Below, piece by piece: positions 47,031-56,026 of a DNA stretch of 64,000 nt (position 1 is the first letter of the stretch; each line of letters begins with the position of its first letter). The DNA is taken from assembly GCA_963760235.1 (NCBI GenBank), contig CAVXCG010000003.1, positions 267,879 to 331,878 on the forward strand, written 5' to 3'. The notes beneath the pieces were generated by a model. That model was not told the DNA's origin. It saw only the letters and a list, made by a program, of their open reading frames with translations, and did not search any database. Source of the stretch: an uncultured Alphaproteobacteria bacterium. Lineage in GTDB: Bacteria > Pseudomonadota > Alphaproteobacteria > Rhizobiales > Xanthobacteraceae. Both the position numbers and the translations under genes were made by a program.

Positions 47031-48263
47031 ATGGCGGAAACGTCTGCAGGCGCCCATTCCCACGTCTTTCTCGGCGACGGCCACGAGCGCAACGAGCGCC
47101 GCACCTGGATGGTCATCGCGCTGTGCAGCCTGATGATGGTTGCCGAGATCGTCGGCGGATTGCTGTTCGGCTCGATCGCGCTGGTCGCCGACGGCCTGCA
47201 TATGTCGACGCATGCCAGCGCGCTGCTGCTTGCCGCGCTCGCCTACCGCTACGCGCGCCGCCATGCCGACGACGCGCGGTTTTCCTTCGGCACCGGCAAA
47301 CTCGGCGACCTTGCCGGCTTCTCCAGTGCCGTCGTGCTGGCGATGATCGCCGTGCTCATCGGCTACGAGGCGATGACCCGGTTCATCTGGCCGGTTGCCA
47401 TCCACTTCAATGAAGCAATTCCGATCGCCGCACTGGGATTGGTCATCAACGTGGCGAGCGTGCTTTTGCTCAGCGGCGGCGGTCACGATCACCCTCATGG
47501 CCGCGGGCATGCGCATGGCGGCCAAGAGCACGACCACGACGAGGCCCACTTTCTGCAAACCGGCGCCGGGCCGCTGACGCTCGAAATCTTCGAGCAGGGC
47601 GTGCCGGCGCGCTTTCGCCTTTCCTCGGCCGGCAGAGATCTGGCCGCGCACGAGGTCAGCGTGGAGATCTTTCGTCCGGGCGGCGCGCGCCAGGTCTTCG
47701 TCATGGATTCGCGGGCCGGCCATCTGGAATCGCGCGAGGAAATACCCGAACCCCACGCTTTTACGACGCGGCTGTCGCTATACGGCGGGCGCGAAATCCA
47801 TGAGGTCGAATTTGCCGAACATGAGCACGGCCACGGTGCCATGCAACGCGACAACAACATGCGCGCAGCCGTGGTTCACGTGCTGGCCGACGCCGCGGTT
47901 TCGCTTCTGGTCATCGTCGGCTTGTCGCTGGGATGGTATTTCGGCTGGACGTTGATGGACCCCGCGGTCGGACTGATCGGAGCCTTCGTTATCGCGGCCT
48001 GGTCCTACCGCCTTATTCGCGACACCGGCGCCATTTTGCTCGACATGACTCCCGACCGCGGCATGGCCGAGCGCATGCGCGCGATGATCGAGGCCGACGG
48101 CGACCGGCTCACCGACCTGCACTTGTGGCGCCTCGGCCCCGGCCACCTCGCCGCCATCGTCGCGGTGGCGACGGCGCGGCCGCGCGGCGCCGACTATTAC
48201 TGCTCACTGCTCCGGCGCTTTCGCGCTCTTTCCCACGTCACCGTGCAAGTGCAGCAGCAGTGA
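47031..48263 (+). CDS. Cation diffusion facilitator (DmeF-like Ni/Co efflux) with an enlarged His-flanked cytoplasmic loop
   Basis: GAGGAA then ATG 47031. CDF motifs ALVADGLHMSTHA and AAVVHVLADAAVS. The loop between TM4 and TM5 is about 125 aa, bounded by HDHPHGRGHAHGGQEHDHDEAH and EHEHGHG. Confidence 0.8.
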   Translation: MAETSAGAHSHVFLGDGHERNERRTWMVIALCSLMMVAEIVGGLLFGSIALVADGLHMSTHASALLLAALAYRYARRHADDARFSFGTGKLGDLAGFSSAVVLAMIAVLIGYEAMTRFIWPVAIHFNEAIPIAALGLVINVASVLLLSGGGHDHPHGRGHAHGGQEHDHDEAHFLQTGAGPLTLEIFEQGVPARFRLSSAGRDLAAHEVSVEIFRPGGARQVFVMDSRAGHLESREEIPEPHAFTTRLSLYGGREIHEVEFAEHEHGHGAMQRDNNMRAAVVHVLADAAVSLLVIVGLSLGWYFGWTLMDPAVGLIGAFVIAAWSYRLIRDTGAILLDMTPDRGMAERMRAMIEADGDRLTDLHLWRLGPGHLAAIVAVATARPRGADYYCSLLRRFRALSHVTVQVQQQ

Positions 48264-48387
48264 CGCCCAGGACACAATCCGGCTCCGGCGTCATGCGCCG
48301 CTCAATCATGTCCCACCGGCGTGGAGAATTTGTAGGCGATACCCACACGAAAGCACTGGCCCACCGGCATCGGCAGCGGACGGCGAT

Positions 48388-51300
48388 TTACAGACCGTTG
48401 CGGAGTACGCTGCTGCCGGCTTGCCCCCAGCTAAACTTGTAATTCACTCCGAAAACGACCTGGTTCACTTGGGTGGTCGACGTTGTCGAAAGCAACGAGA
48501 ACGGCAGTGCAATGGTGGAAGAGCCGTAATCGGTGTAGCGAAATTCGGCGAATGCGTTCCAGTTTTGCGCAAATGCCACCGCCACGCCCGCGCCGGCGGT
48601 CCAACCGCCGAGGTATTTGTTGACGGCCTCGTCGGTCCCCGCGGTCGCGAGATTGAGCGCGCCGGTCAATTGCGTGCGGATGTACTGATTGCTCGACCAG
48701 GCCCAGCCGCCGGTGCCATAAAACAGGACATTGTTGACGGCGTAACCGAGCCGCGCGCGCAGGGATTCGCTGTCGAACACGCTCACCTGGCTCGTGCTGG
48801 TGCCGGAAGCGTCCGTGGTCGTAATCGCTTTGGTTCCGCCGGAGGAAACATCCCCCGTTAGACCGATCACAATTCGCGACGGCATCATGTCGTCGTATCC
48901 GACCTGGATGCCGCCGTGCCAATCCGGCGGGCTACCGTAGATCGGCGCCGACGCAACGCCGGTTGCCGTATCGACGGTACTTCCGCCCATGCTCGATCGC
49001 GATAGGCCGGCATGGACGCCGAGATAGAATCCGGTCCAATCGTAGCCTGCGGCCTGTAACGGATCCGCCGGAAATGATCGCTTCATCTCGGCGGCCATCG
49101 CCGGGAAGTTGATCGTATTGATCGTTTCCAGCGGTCCGGCGAGCGTCAGCCGAAAGGCCAATGGCTCGAGAGGATGATAGATATAGTCCATCACGCCGTT
49201 GGCGCAGACCGCCGCCGGGATTTTCGGCGTCGGGTAGCACATCGCAAACATCGCATCGCTCGTCAGCAACGAGCCGTAGGCGTACGTTGCCAAATCAGTC
49301 GTCGAATTCAAAACATTGAGCGCATCGAGTTGGATACGCCAGCCGTTGTCGAACCGGTAGCCGACGCCGGCATTGATCTCGTTCATCGGCGGCGACTGAA
49401 AGGCGCCGTCCTCGGTGAGCGGCCGCGAACTGATGTAGCGCCAGCGCAGCGCGCTGAACCAGCCGGTCTTCTCGCCGAGCGTGATGCCGGCAGACGCGAC
49501 CATCCACGGCGCGTTGTACACATAATTGCCCGGCGCGTTGCCGATCTGCGCCTGCGGAAAACCGGCAAGCGACTCGTAAAGGGCTTCTTGTGTCGTATCA
49601 AAGCCGAGGAAGCGCGCGCGAGTGAGCGCTAGGTTGGCGTCGATGTGCGCCCATGAGACCGGCCGGTAATCGTTGGTGAACTCGATGCCGGTGCGCTGGC
49701 TCGGCAAGCCCGCCACCGTATCGCCGGTGTCGCCGTCGAAAAACAACTCCGAAGCCTGGTGGATGTAGAAAAGACTGATCGAGCTGTCGAGGTTGGGGAT
49801 CGCCTTGGTGCGAATGCCGACCTCAGCCCCCTGCGAGCGCACCAGGAAAGGCGACGAGCCCTCCGGAGTGGTCGGATCACCCGGCACTTCGGTTATTGTC
49901 GTGCTGCGCGCATCGTTGCTGTGATAGCCCATGCCGGCTCCGACGAACAATTCGGTCTTGGCGAACGGCCCGAGCACCAGGCGGAATTTCGGGCTGCCGA
50001 TGGCCTCTCTGGGATTTCCCGAATTGGCCGGCTGCAGCATCGAGTTGACCGACGCCGCGTAGTAGTCGCCCCGCCAGCCGAGCGCCGTCCGCAGCCAGTC
50101 GGTCCAGTGCACGGTATTTTCCGCGTAAATCGCGGCATTACCTTCATTGACGTGGTCGTAGATATAGGGCGCCAGCGACTGGCGCTGGTACGAATAGTTC
50201 AGCGCCGTAATGATGTCGTCGTCGCGGCCCTGCACACCGATCACGGTCTCGGTCGGCAAGCCGCCAATCATGCCGACGAAAGTGCGCGAGGCGCCGGCTC
50301 CGCCGTAGATGCGGTCGTCATGCTGGTGAAACTGATCGCCGAAGGTCGGATCAACGGTATCGTAGGTGTAGTTGTTCCACAGGTCCATCGTGTATTTGAC
50401 GAGATAGACATTGGCTTTCCACGATCCGTCATCGGTGGTTTGCGCCACTCGGCCCGACAGCGAAAAACGGCTGGTATCGCCGCCGTCGGTTGGATCGAAT
50501 GTGCCATAGAGGCCCATTTGGCCGGTCGTATAGTACCGCAGCGCATTCTGATCGGTTGAATTCCAGGTGTTGGTGTAGGCCATCGCGGTCAAAGAAAAGC
50601 CGTCGGTCGCCGTACCCTGGCTGTAGCGAACAAGCCCGCTGAATTTTTTCATGCCGTCTGGCGACGTCCACGGCCCGTCGTAGCCGGTGAATTCTCCGGC
50701 ATAGAGCAAATTGCCGCCGCCGAGCCTGGTCGAGCCAAGCGTGAGGGAGCGCTCATAACCGAAGCTGCCCACGGTGACCGACTTGATGTTCCGTGGAACG
50801 GTGTCCACGACCGAGATGTGCAGGTTGCCGGCGTTCTCGAAATCGCCGACATCGGCCCAATACGGGCCTTTGCGGATATCCAACCCGCTGACGGTTTCCG
50901 GAATGAGCCAGTTCAGGTCGGTGTAGCCCTGACCGTGGGCGTGACTCGGCAGATTGATCGGGATGTCGTCCCAGAACGTCGCGAGGTCGGTGCCGTGATC
51001 GAGATTCCAGCCGCGCAGATAGTATTGATTGGCCTTGCCGCCATCGGCATGCATGACCGCCATCAGCCCCGGCGCCGCTTCGACGATCTCACCGGGACGG
51101 GTGATCGGACGCGCGTTGAGATCCTCGCCTGAAACCGTCATCTGGCTTGCCATGGTCGGCGCCACCGTCGGGCCACCCCCAATGCTCGGGGCGCCGGTCT
51201 CGGAGGGCGACGCCGGCGCTGCGGCAGACGGGGCCGAGGCCGCGGTCGGAGCCCGCGCCGTTGCGCTCGCCGGAGTACGGGCGCGCCTTGGCCGTGGTGG

Positions 51301-51549
51301 AGGTTTGCGCCGGCCGGACACCGTGATCGCCGGCAGCGCCGTTCCAGCTGATTGAGCGGGTACAGTTGCTCCAGGGGAGGCGGCTTCCGGCGACGCGCCT
51401 GCGGGCGAAGACGGAGCGGGATTGAATGCCGCTGGCGCCTGACCTATCGCCAAGGGCTGTTGCACGGCTGGAGTTTGCGCCAAAGCCCCCGCGCAGATCG
51501 ATAGGATCAGAATCGACGCGGACGCGAGCAATCTCGCGCGCAACGACAT
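48388..51549 (-). CDS. TonB-dependent receptor fused C-terminally to an 8-stranded OMP beta-barrel module
   Basis: ATG 51549 (MSLRARLLASASILILSICAGALAQ). A Pro/Ala/Arg-rich linker, then plug and barrel (YYLRGWNLDHGTDLATFWDDIPINLP...), then with no stop or signal peptide AGYDWTGFYLGVHAG...VVFGVNYKF plus 14 extra residues. Confidence 0.8.
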   Translation of the reverse strand: MSLRARLLASASILILSICAGALAQTPAVQQPLAIGQAPAAFNPAPSSPAGASPEAASPGATVPAQSAGTALPAITVSGRRKPPPRPRRARTPASATARAPTAASAPSAAAPASPSETGAPSIGGGPTVAPTMASQMTVSGEDLNARPITRPGEIVEAAPGLMAVMHADGGKANQYYLRGWNLDHGTDLATFWDDIPINLPSHAHGQGYTDLNWLIPETVSGLDIRKGPYWADVGDFENAGNLHISVVDTVPRNIKSVTVGSFGYERSLTLGSTRLGGGNLLYAGEFTGYDGPWTSPDGMKKFSGLVRYSQGTATDGFSLTAMAYTNTWNSTDQNALRYYTTGQMGLYGTFDPTDGGDTSRFSLSGRVAQTTDDGSWKANVYLVKYTMDLWNNYTYDTVDPTFGDQFHQHDDRIYGGAGASRTFVGMIGGLPTETVIGVQGRDDDIITALNYSYQRQSLAPYIYDHVNEGNAAIYAENTVHWTDWLRTALGWRGDYYAASVNSMLQPANSGNPREAIGSPKFRLVLGPFAKTELFVGAGMGYHSNDARSTTITEVPGDPTTPEGSSPFLVRSQGAEVGIRTKAIPNLDSSISLFYIHQASELFFDGDTGDTVAGLPSQRTGIEFTNDYRPVSWAHIDANLALTRARFLGFDTTQEALYESLAGFPQAQIGNAPGNYVYNAPWMVASAGITLGEKTGWFSALRWRYISSRPLTEDGAFQSPPMNEINAGVGYRFDNGWRIQLDALNVLNSTTDLATYAYGSLLTSDAMFAMCYPTPKIPAAVCANGVMDYIYHPLEPLAFRLTLAGPLETINTINFPAMAAEMKRSFPADPLQAAGYDWTGFYLGVHAGLSRSSMGGSTVDTATGVASAPIYGSPPDWHGGIQVGYDDMMPSRIVIGLTGDVSSGGTKAITTTDASGTSTSQVSVFDSESLRARLGYAVNNVLFYGTGGWAWSSNQYIRTQLTGALNLATAGTDEAVNKYLGGWTAGAGVAVAFAQNWNAFAEFRYTDYGSSTIALPFSLLSTTSTTQVNQVVFGVNYKFSWGQAGSSVLRNGL

Positions 51550-51605
51550 GACACTCCTGCCCTCACGGGGGAGACGCAACCCGACGGCGCCGCTGCAGCA
51601 ACCTT

Positions 51606-51663
51606 ATTCGCGGCAAGCCGAACGAACTCATTCGCGGCAAGCCAAACTCATTCGCGGCGGCCC
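51606..51663. promoter_or_regulatory. Three direct repeats ATTCGCGGC(A/G)(A/G)GCC upstream of the receptor-fusion gene
   Basis: Copies at 51606..51619, 51630..51643 and 51650..51663, with spacing of 24 and 20 nt. They lie 57-115 nt upstream of the start at 51549. Confidence 0.35.
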
Positions 51664-51867
51664 GACGGAAACCGCCAAGGCTTGCGTCATTTCCCCAACC
51701 CCTCGCCGGCGATGCTCGATCGCATCCAGCGAATGCCATCAGCGTGACACATCGAGTATGACGATGTCAACAAAAGTGCATACTAACCCAATACTAGTTA
51801 CCCCGGAATCACTGAAGGGTGACGCGGAAGACAACTCGTCAACCTCAAAGTGATCCGAGCGGCCCGC

Positions 51868-51995
51868 GACCCCCACCTTGATCCTCCCCCTTTCAGGGGG
51901 AGGAAAGAGAAGCCGCCCTCGTTGGTCTTGAACCGTGACGCCGCATATGCCGCTCGCTCTTCCTCCCCCTGAAAGGGGGAGGACAGGTGGGGGTC
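51868..51995. repeat. Nested palindromic element (~128 bp, MITE/REP-like)
   Basis: Arms GACCCCCACCTTGATCCTCCCCCTTTCAGGGGGAGGA (51868..51904) and TCCTCCCCCTGAAAGGGGGAGGACAGGTGGGGGTC (51961..51995) are inverted copies. Each arm also contains its own CCTCCCCC/GGGGGAGG hairpin. Confidence 0.8.
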
Positions 51996-52041
51996 CGCTG
52001 CCTCTCCGAATGCTCATGAATCAGGCGACAGCGAAAGTGGG

Positions 52042-52098
52042 CACTAGCTCAGTGTCCCGATTCCGAAGTTCGCAAACGAGGGTGCCGCAATTTCGCGG
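52042..52098 (+). repeat. Partial copy (left arm and centre) of the 36785/37278 palindromic repeat family
   Basis: CACTAGCTCAGTGTCCCGATTCCGAAGTTCGCAAACGAGGGTGCCGCAATTTCGCGG shares CTAG..GTCC..GATTC..CGCAAACGAG..TGCCG with copy B. No matching right arm is present. Confidence 0.5.
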
Positions 52099-52233
52099 CG
52101 CCAGGCAGAAGGCGCCGGCGGAACCTGTCGAAGTTTGCCGCCGGCGGCGGCCTTGCCGGCCAAGACCGATACGATAAACTGACGGCAAGCCGTCGCCTTA
52201 CCCGGGCGGCGGCAAGTTCACGGGAGGTACGGA

Positions 52234-53502
52234 ATGAACAGACTTGCTAGGCGTGCAGTATTCGCGCCGATCGTTGCGACCTTGACCGCCGGCGCGGCTG
52301 TTGGCGCGTTCATGCTGGCAAACCACGCGCAGGCGCAATCGACAGCGCCGATCAAGATCGGCGTCATCGCCGAGGCGCAGTCGGTGGCCGGCTCATCGAT
52401 CCCGCAAGCCGCACAGCTTGCCGCCGACGAGATCAACGCCGCGGGTGGCGTCAACGGCCGCAAGATCGAGATCGTTTCCTACGACAATCACTCCTCCGCG
52501 GCCGAGTCAGTCCGCGCCTTCCAGCGCGCCGCCACCCAGGATCACGTCAACGCGGTCATCGCCAGCTATATCAGCGAGGTGGTGCTCGCGCTCGAGCCGT
52601 GGACCGGGCGGCTGAAGACCGTGATGGTCACGCCGGGCGCGGCCTCCGACGTCATCACCCAGAACATCGCCAAGGACTACGACCATCTCAAATACACGTT
52701 CCATGGCTACCTGACCTCGACCAGCCTGGCCGATCAGGTGTGCGACGCCGCCAAGGATATTCTGGTGACGAACCTGCACATGAAGACCGCGGTGGTGATG
52801 AGCGAAGACGCCGCCTGGACCACTCCGCTCGACGCCGAATATCTCAAATGCCTGCCGAAGATCGGGCTCAAGGTGGTCGACCATATCCGCTTCTCTCCGG
52901 ATACGACGGACTTCACTCCGATCTTCAACAAGATCGAGGGCGAAAAGGTCGACGTGATCATCACCGGCATATCCCACGTCGGCACGCAGCCGACGGTGCA
53001 ATGGAAGCAGCAGGAAGTGCCCATTCCGATGCTCGGCATTTCCTCGCAGGCGACCAATTCGACGTTCTGGGCCGACACCAACGGCGCCACCGAGGGCGTG
53101 CTTTATCAGGCCGTTTCCGGCCCGGGTGTCGCGGTGACTTCCAAAACTCTCCCGTTCGTCGCCGCGTTCCAAAAGCGCTTCGGCAATCTACCGTCGTATT
53201 GCGGCTACACCGCCTATGACGAGGTCTATTACATCGCCGATGCGATCAAGCGCGCCGGTTCGACGGATTCCGACAAGCTGGTCGCGGCGCTGGAAAAGAC
53301 AGACTGGTTGGGCACGATCGGCCGCATCCAGTTTAAAGGCAAGGACACGGCCAATCCGCACGCGCTCAAGATCGGCGGAGCGACCATCCCGGGCCTGATG
53401 CTGCAATGGCAGGACGGCAAGCAGGTCAACGTGTGGCCGGCAAACCTCGCCAACGGCAAAGTCAAGTTCCCGAAATTCATCAAGGTCGGTTCGTCCAATT
53501 GA
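52234..53502 (+). CDS. ABC transporter substrate-binding protein (branched-chain amino acid / Peripla_BP_6 type), copy 1
   Basis: 422 aa. Signal peptide, then APIKIGVIAEAQSVAGSSIPQAAQLAADEINAAGGVNGRKIEIVSYD. By eye it is about 90 percent identical to 56027..57286 in the mature part. Confidence 0.85.
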   Translation: MNRLARRAVFAPIVATLTAGAAVGAFMLANHAQAQSTAPIKIGVIAEAQSVAGSSIPQAAQLAADEINAAGGVNGRKIEIVSYDNHSSAAESVRAFQRAATQDHVNAVIASYISEVVLALEPWTGRLKTVMVTPGAASDVITQNIAKDYDHLKYTFHGYLTSTSLADQVCDAAKDILVTNLHMKTAVVMSEDAAWTTPLDAEYLKCLPKIGLKVVDHIRFSPDTTDFTPIFNKIEGEKVDVIITGISHVGTQPTVQWKQQEVPIPMLGISSQATNSTFWADTNGATEGVLYQAVSGPGVAVTSKTLPFVAAFQKRFGNLPSYCGYTAYDEVYYIADAIKRAGSTDSDKLVAALEKTDWLGTIGRIQFKGKDTANPHALKIGGATIPGLMLQWQDGKQVNVWPANLANGKVKFPKFIKVGSSN

Positions 53503-53522
53503 TCAATTGACCAATTGACCAA
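53495..53522. repeat. 8-bp tandem repeat (C/T)CAATTGA x3.5 overlapping the stop codon of copy 1
   Basis: The sequence reads CCAATTGA TCAATTGA CCAATTGA CCAA, read directly. Confidence 0.9.
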
Positions 53523-53530
53523 CGGCCAAG

Positions 53531-53561
53531 CCGCAATCGCCCAAAATGTAGGCGATTGCGG
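53531..53561. terminator. Hairpin between convergent genes (11-bp stem, 9-nt loop)
   Basis: CCGCAATCGCC-CAAAATGTA-GGCGATTGCGG. There is no clear T-run, so it is a terminator or RNA-stability element. Confidence 0.45.
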
Positions 53562-53578
53562 ACTTCCGAACCGCCACC

Positions 53579-55769
53579 CTAGTTTCGTACCAGCTTGCGT
53601 TTGGCCAGCAGCGCATTGACGTGCCGCAGCACGTGGTCGGCAACGATCGCGTGGCCTTCCGCCGTCGGGTGAAATGCGCCGCTCATCAGCGCCACGTAGG
53701 GAGGCTGCAGCTCGTCGAACGGCGATATGCCTTCGCTGTGAGTATTCGCGGCGAGAAAAGCATCATTTGCATCGCGCACGAGCCGCCAGCGATGCGCATA
53801 AGGCGCCGCGCCGACCGGCGAATAAGGCATGAAGGCTTGGGTCGCGTTCGACACCCGCGGCATAGCCATGTTGATCTGATCGATGATCGCCCTTTGCGGG
53901 TCGCGTGCGCACACACCGCGATGGAGGAATTCGACGGCATGGTCGGTAATGAAGTGAAAGCCCGTGCCGTGGCCGGTGGCCAATCCAGCCGGACAGCCGG
54001 GCTTGGCGGCATCGGCCATGCATTCCTGACGCTCTTGCAGTTCGCGGACGAAATTGGAAACTTCTTGGACGCGCGCGCGGTCATATCTGAACTTGGGATA
54101 GACATCGAGACCGAGCGTCGGCTTGCTGCCGCATACGTTTCCGGTTTCGTCGAACTGAATCGGCTCGTAGGCATTCTGCATGACCCGCGACGGATCCACT
54201 CCAAAGCCGTCGTTGAGCGCCTCTTTGACCGCCTGCATGCGGCGATCAAGGACGCGCAAGATAGAGCCTGCGATACCGACGGAGAGTAACGTATCGCATG
54301 ACCGATCAAGCCGGCGATCGGCGCAATATCGGAGGCGCTGTCGGTGATCGCAGTAGGTCACCAGCGGTCCGAAGCCGACGTCATTGCCGCCGATCGAGAG
54401 CAGGACTACATCGATCGGGCGCTTGCGGCTTTGCGGCGCGCACCATCGCATGGTGAACACCTTTTCGCCGATGCTGGTGCTTCCCGGCGCGTAGACCGGG
54501 AGCCGATAAGCCATGATACGGGTGCGGTCCCTCTCGCTGCGGCAGATCAACACGCTGAGCGCATCGAACTGGGCGGCCACGTGTTGTTCCGCGCTCGGTC
54601 CCGACAACTCCTCGCGCGCATCGCCTGGCCCGAACAGACCTTCGGCAATATCGGCGCCCGAACAGGCGAGGCTCACGAAAGTCACAGCCCGGTGCCTGGT
54701 CCTCAAGCGCGAGCCCCATGCTGACGCGGAACGGATAGCCGTATTGCGAGCGGTGACAATCGGCGCTGAGCCATCGCGCCCGCGCTCGCTCGAAGGCCTC
54801 GAGGAATTCACGCGAGCCCGGAGCATAGATGAGGTCCTTTCTTCATCGGCCATCAGCCGCTTTGGCAGCGCTTTGGGATTGAAGTTGTCCGCCGACGCCA
54901 GTCCGAAGCTCGATTCCGTCTTGGTCTTATCGCGGGTAGCCAGACTGTCCAGTTTGGCGACGAGATTGACCGGGTCATAGAGCATTTCCCGCGAGCCGCT
55001 GAAAGTGACCGGCCGGTCCGGATTGCTCTCCCCGGACGCGAAGCTGTCGCCGAGCGCGACAACGAGGAGATCTTCAACAATGATGTCGGGATCGGCGAGT
55101 TCGTTTCCATTCGGCAACCGGACTTTGACGGTAACGCCGGACAAATTGCGATCAAGCGAATAGGGTACGCGTTTGATGACCAACTTCGCATCGCAAGGCT
55201 GCTTGCGCGTCTCGGCAGATGCGCGTGGCCGGCGTGCCTGCCACGTCCATTCACAATCGCCCGCCCCTGCCGCGGCTAATTGCTCCGGCGCGATGCTGAC
55301 ATCGACGGTGTGGGCGTCCGGCAGGATATAGTCTTCCTTCGCCGTGCCCCATGAATATTGACGCTCGCAGGTCGTGAAGTATCGGTGCGGATGGCCGTTG
55401 GAGTCGTAGCAGGTGAAGTCGAGTGTTTGCGACGCCCAGCCGAGCCGGCTCAACGCATAGTGCCGCCCTGCCGTCTTGAGACACGCAGCCGGGGTCGAAC
55501 GATCCCTGCAATCGGGATCGTTAAGGCGCCGCTCCAACCGCCACATGATGTCTTTGGGCAACAGGTCCTCGGCCTACCGGACGGCCGTGAATGGCACCGC
55601 CCACCGCGTCGAACGCGCGCTGTTGCACCTCGAACGACGACGCCCGTTTGAAGAAACGATACGGATTCTCGACCTGCCAAATAAGGCCGGCGGCATGGCA
55701 GCACGTAATGTCACAAACCAGCTGAAATAAAACGAAAGCAATCGCAGCTGTCGCTACGTGACCTCGCAT
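53579..55769 (-). pseudogene. Secreted SGNH/GDSL-family hydrolase, multiple frame changes
   Basis: Block I VVALGDSFASGESNP, block III LLSIGGNDVGFG, block V GAFHPTAEGH. The signal-peptide N-terminus (ATG 55769, MRGHVATAAIAFVLFQLV) is in another phase. Two internal stretches read correctly only in neighbouring phases (see finding). Confidence 0.7.
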
Positions 55770-56026
55770 CGAGTTTTCCCCACGCCCCCGAGGGTCCCCG
55801 ATCTTTGAATGATAGCGATATTCCCGCTTCATTGTCCACCCTCGGCATAGTTTCGAATTTCGTTCTCTTTGGGGCACATGCGGTCGCCATCAATCTCAAA
55901 ACCTCAAGAGACTTGATTCCGCGCCGGACTCGTTAAAATGCGGCTTGCCGGCCAAAGACGATGCGATAGAGTGCCGGCAGGTCGCCGCCTTACGAGCAAC
56001 AGACGACCGCATCATTCGAGGGAGGA

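Noticed and set aside
46626-48263. A 545-aa ORF spanning the dmeR-like region and the CDF gene.
   Set aside because: The upstream 135 codons are Arg-rich shadow sequence over the repressor gene, which is in another phase. A GAGGAA-spaced ATG at 47031 gives a normal CDF N-terminus.
51550-51760. A cobalamin or other riboswitch in the leader of the receptor-fusion gene.
   Set aside because: I found no B12-box (GCCACTG) or other conserved riboswitch core on the transcribed strand. The only structure seen is the set of short direct repeats.
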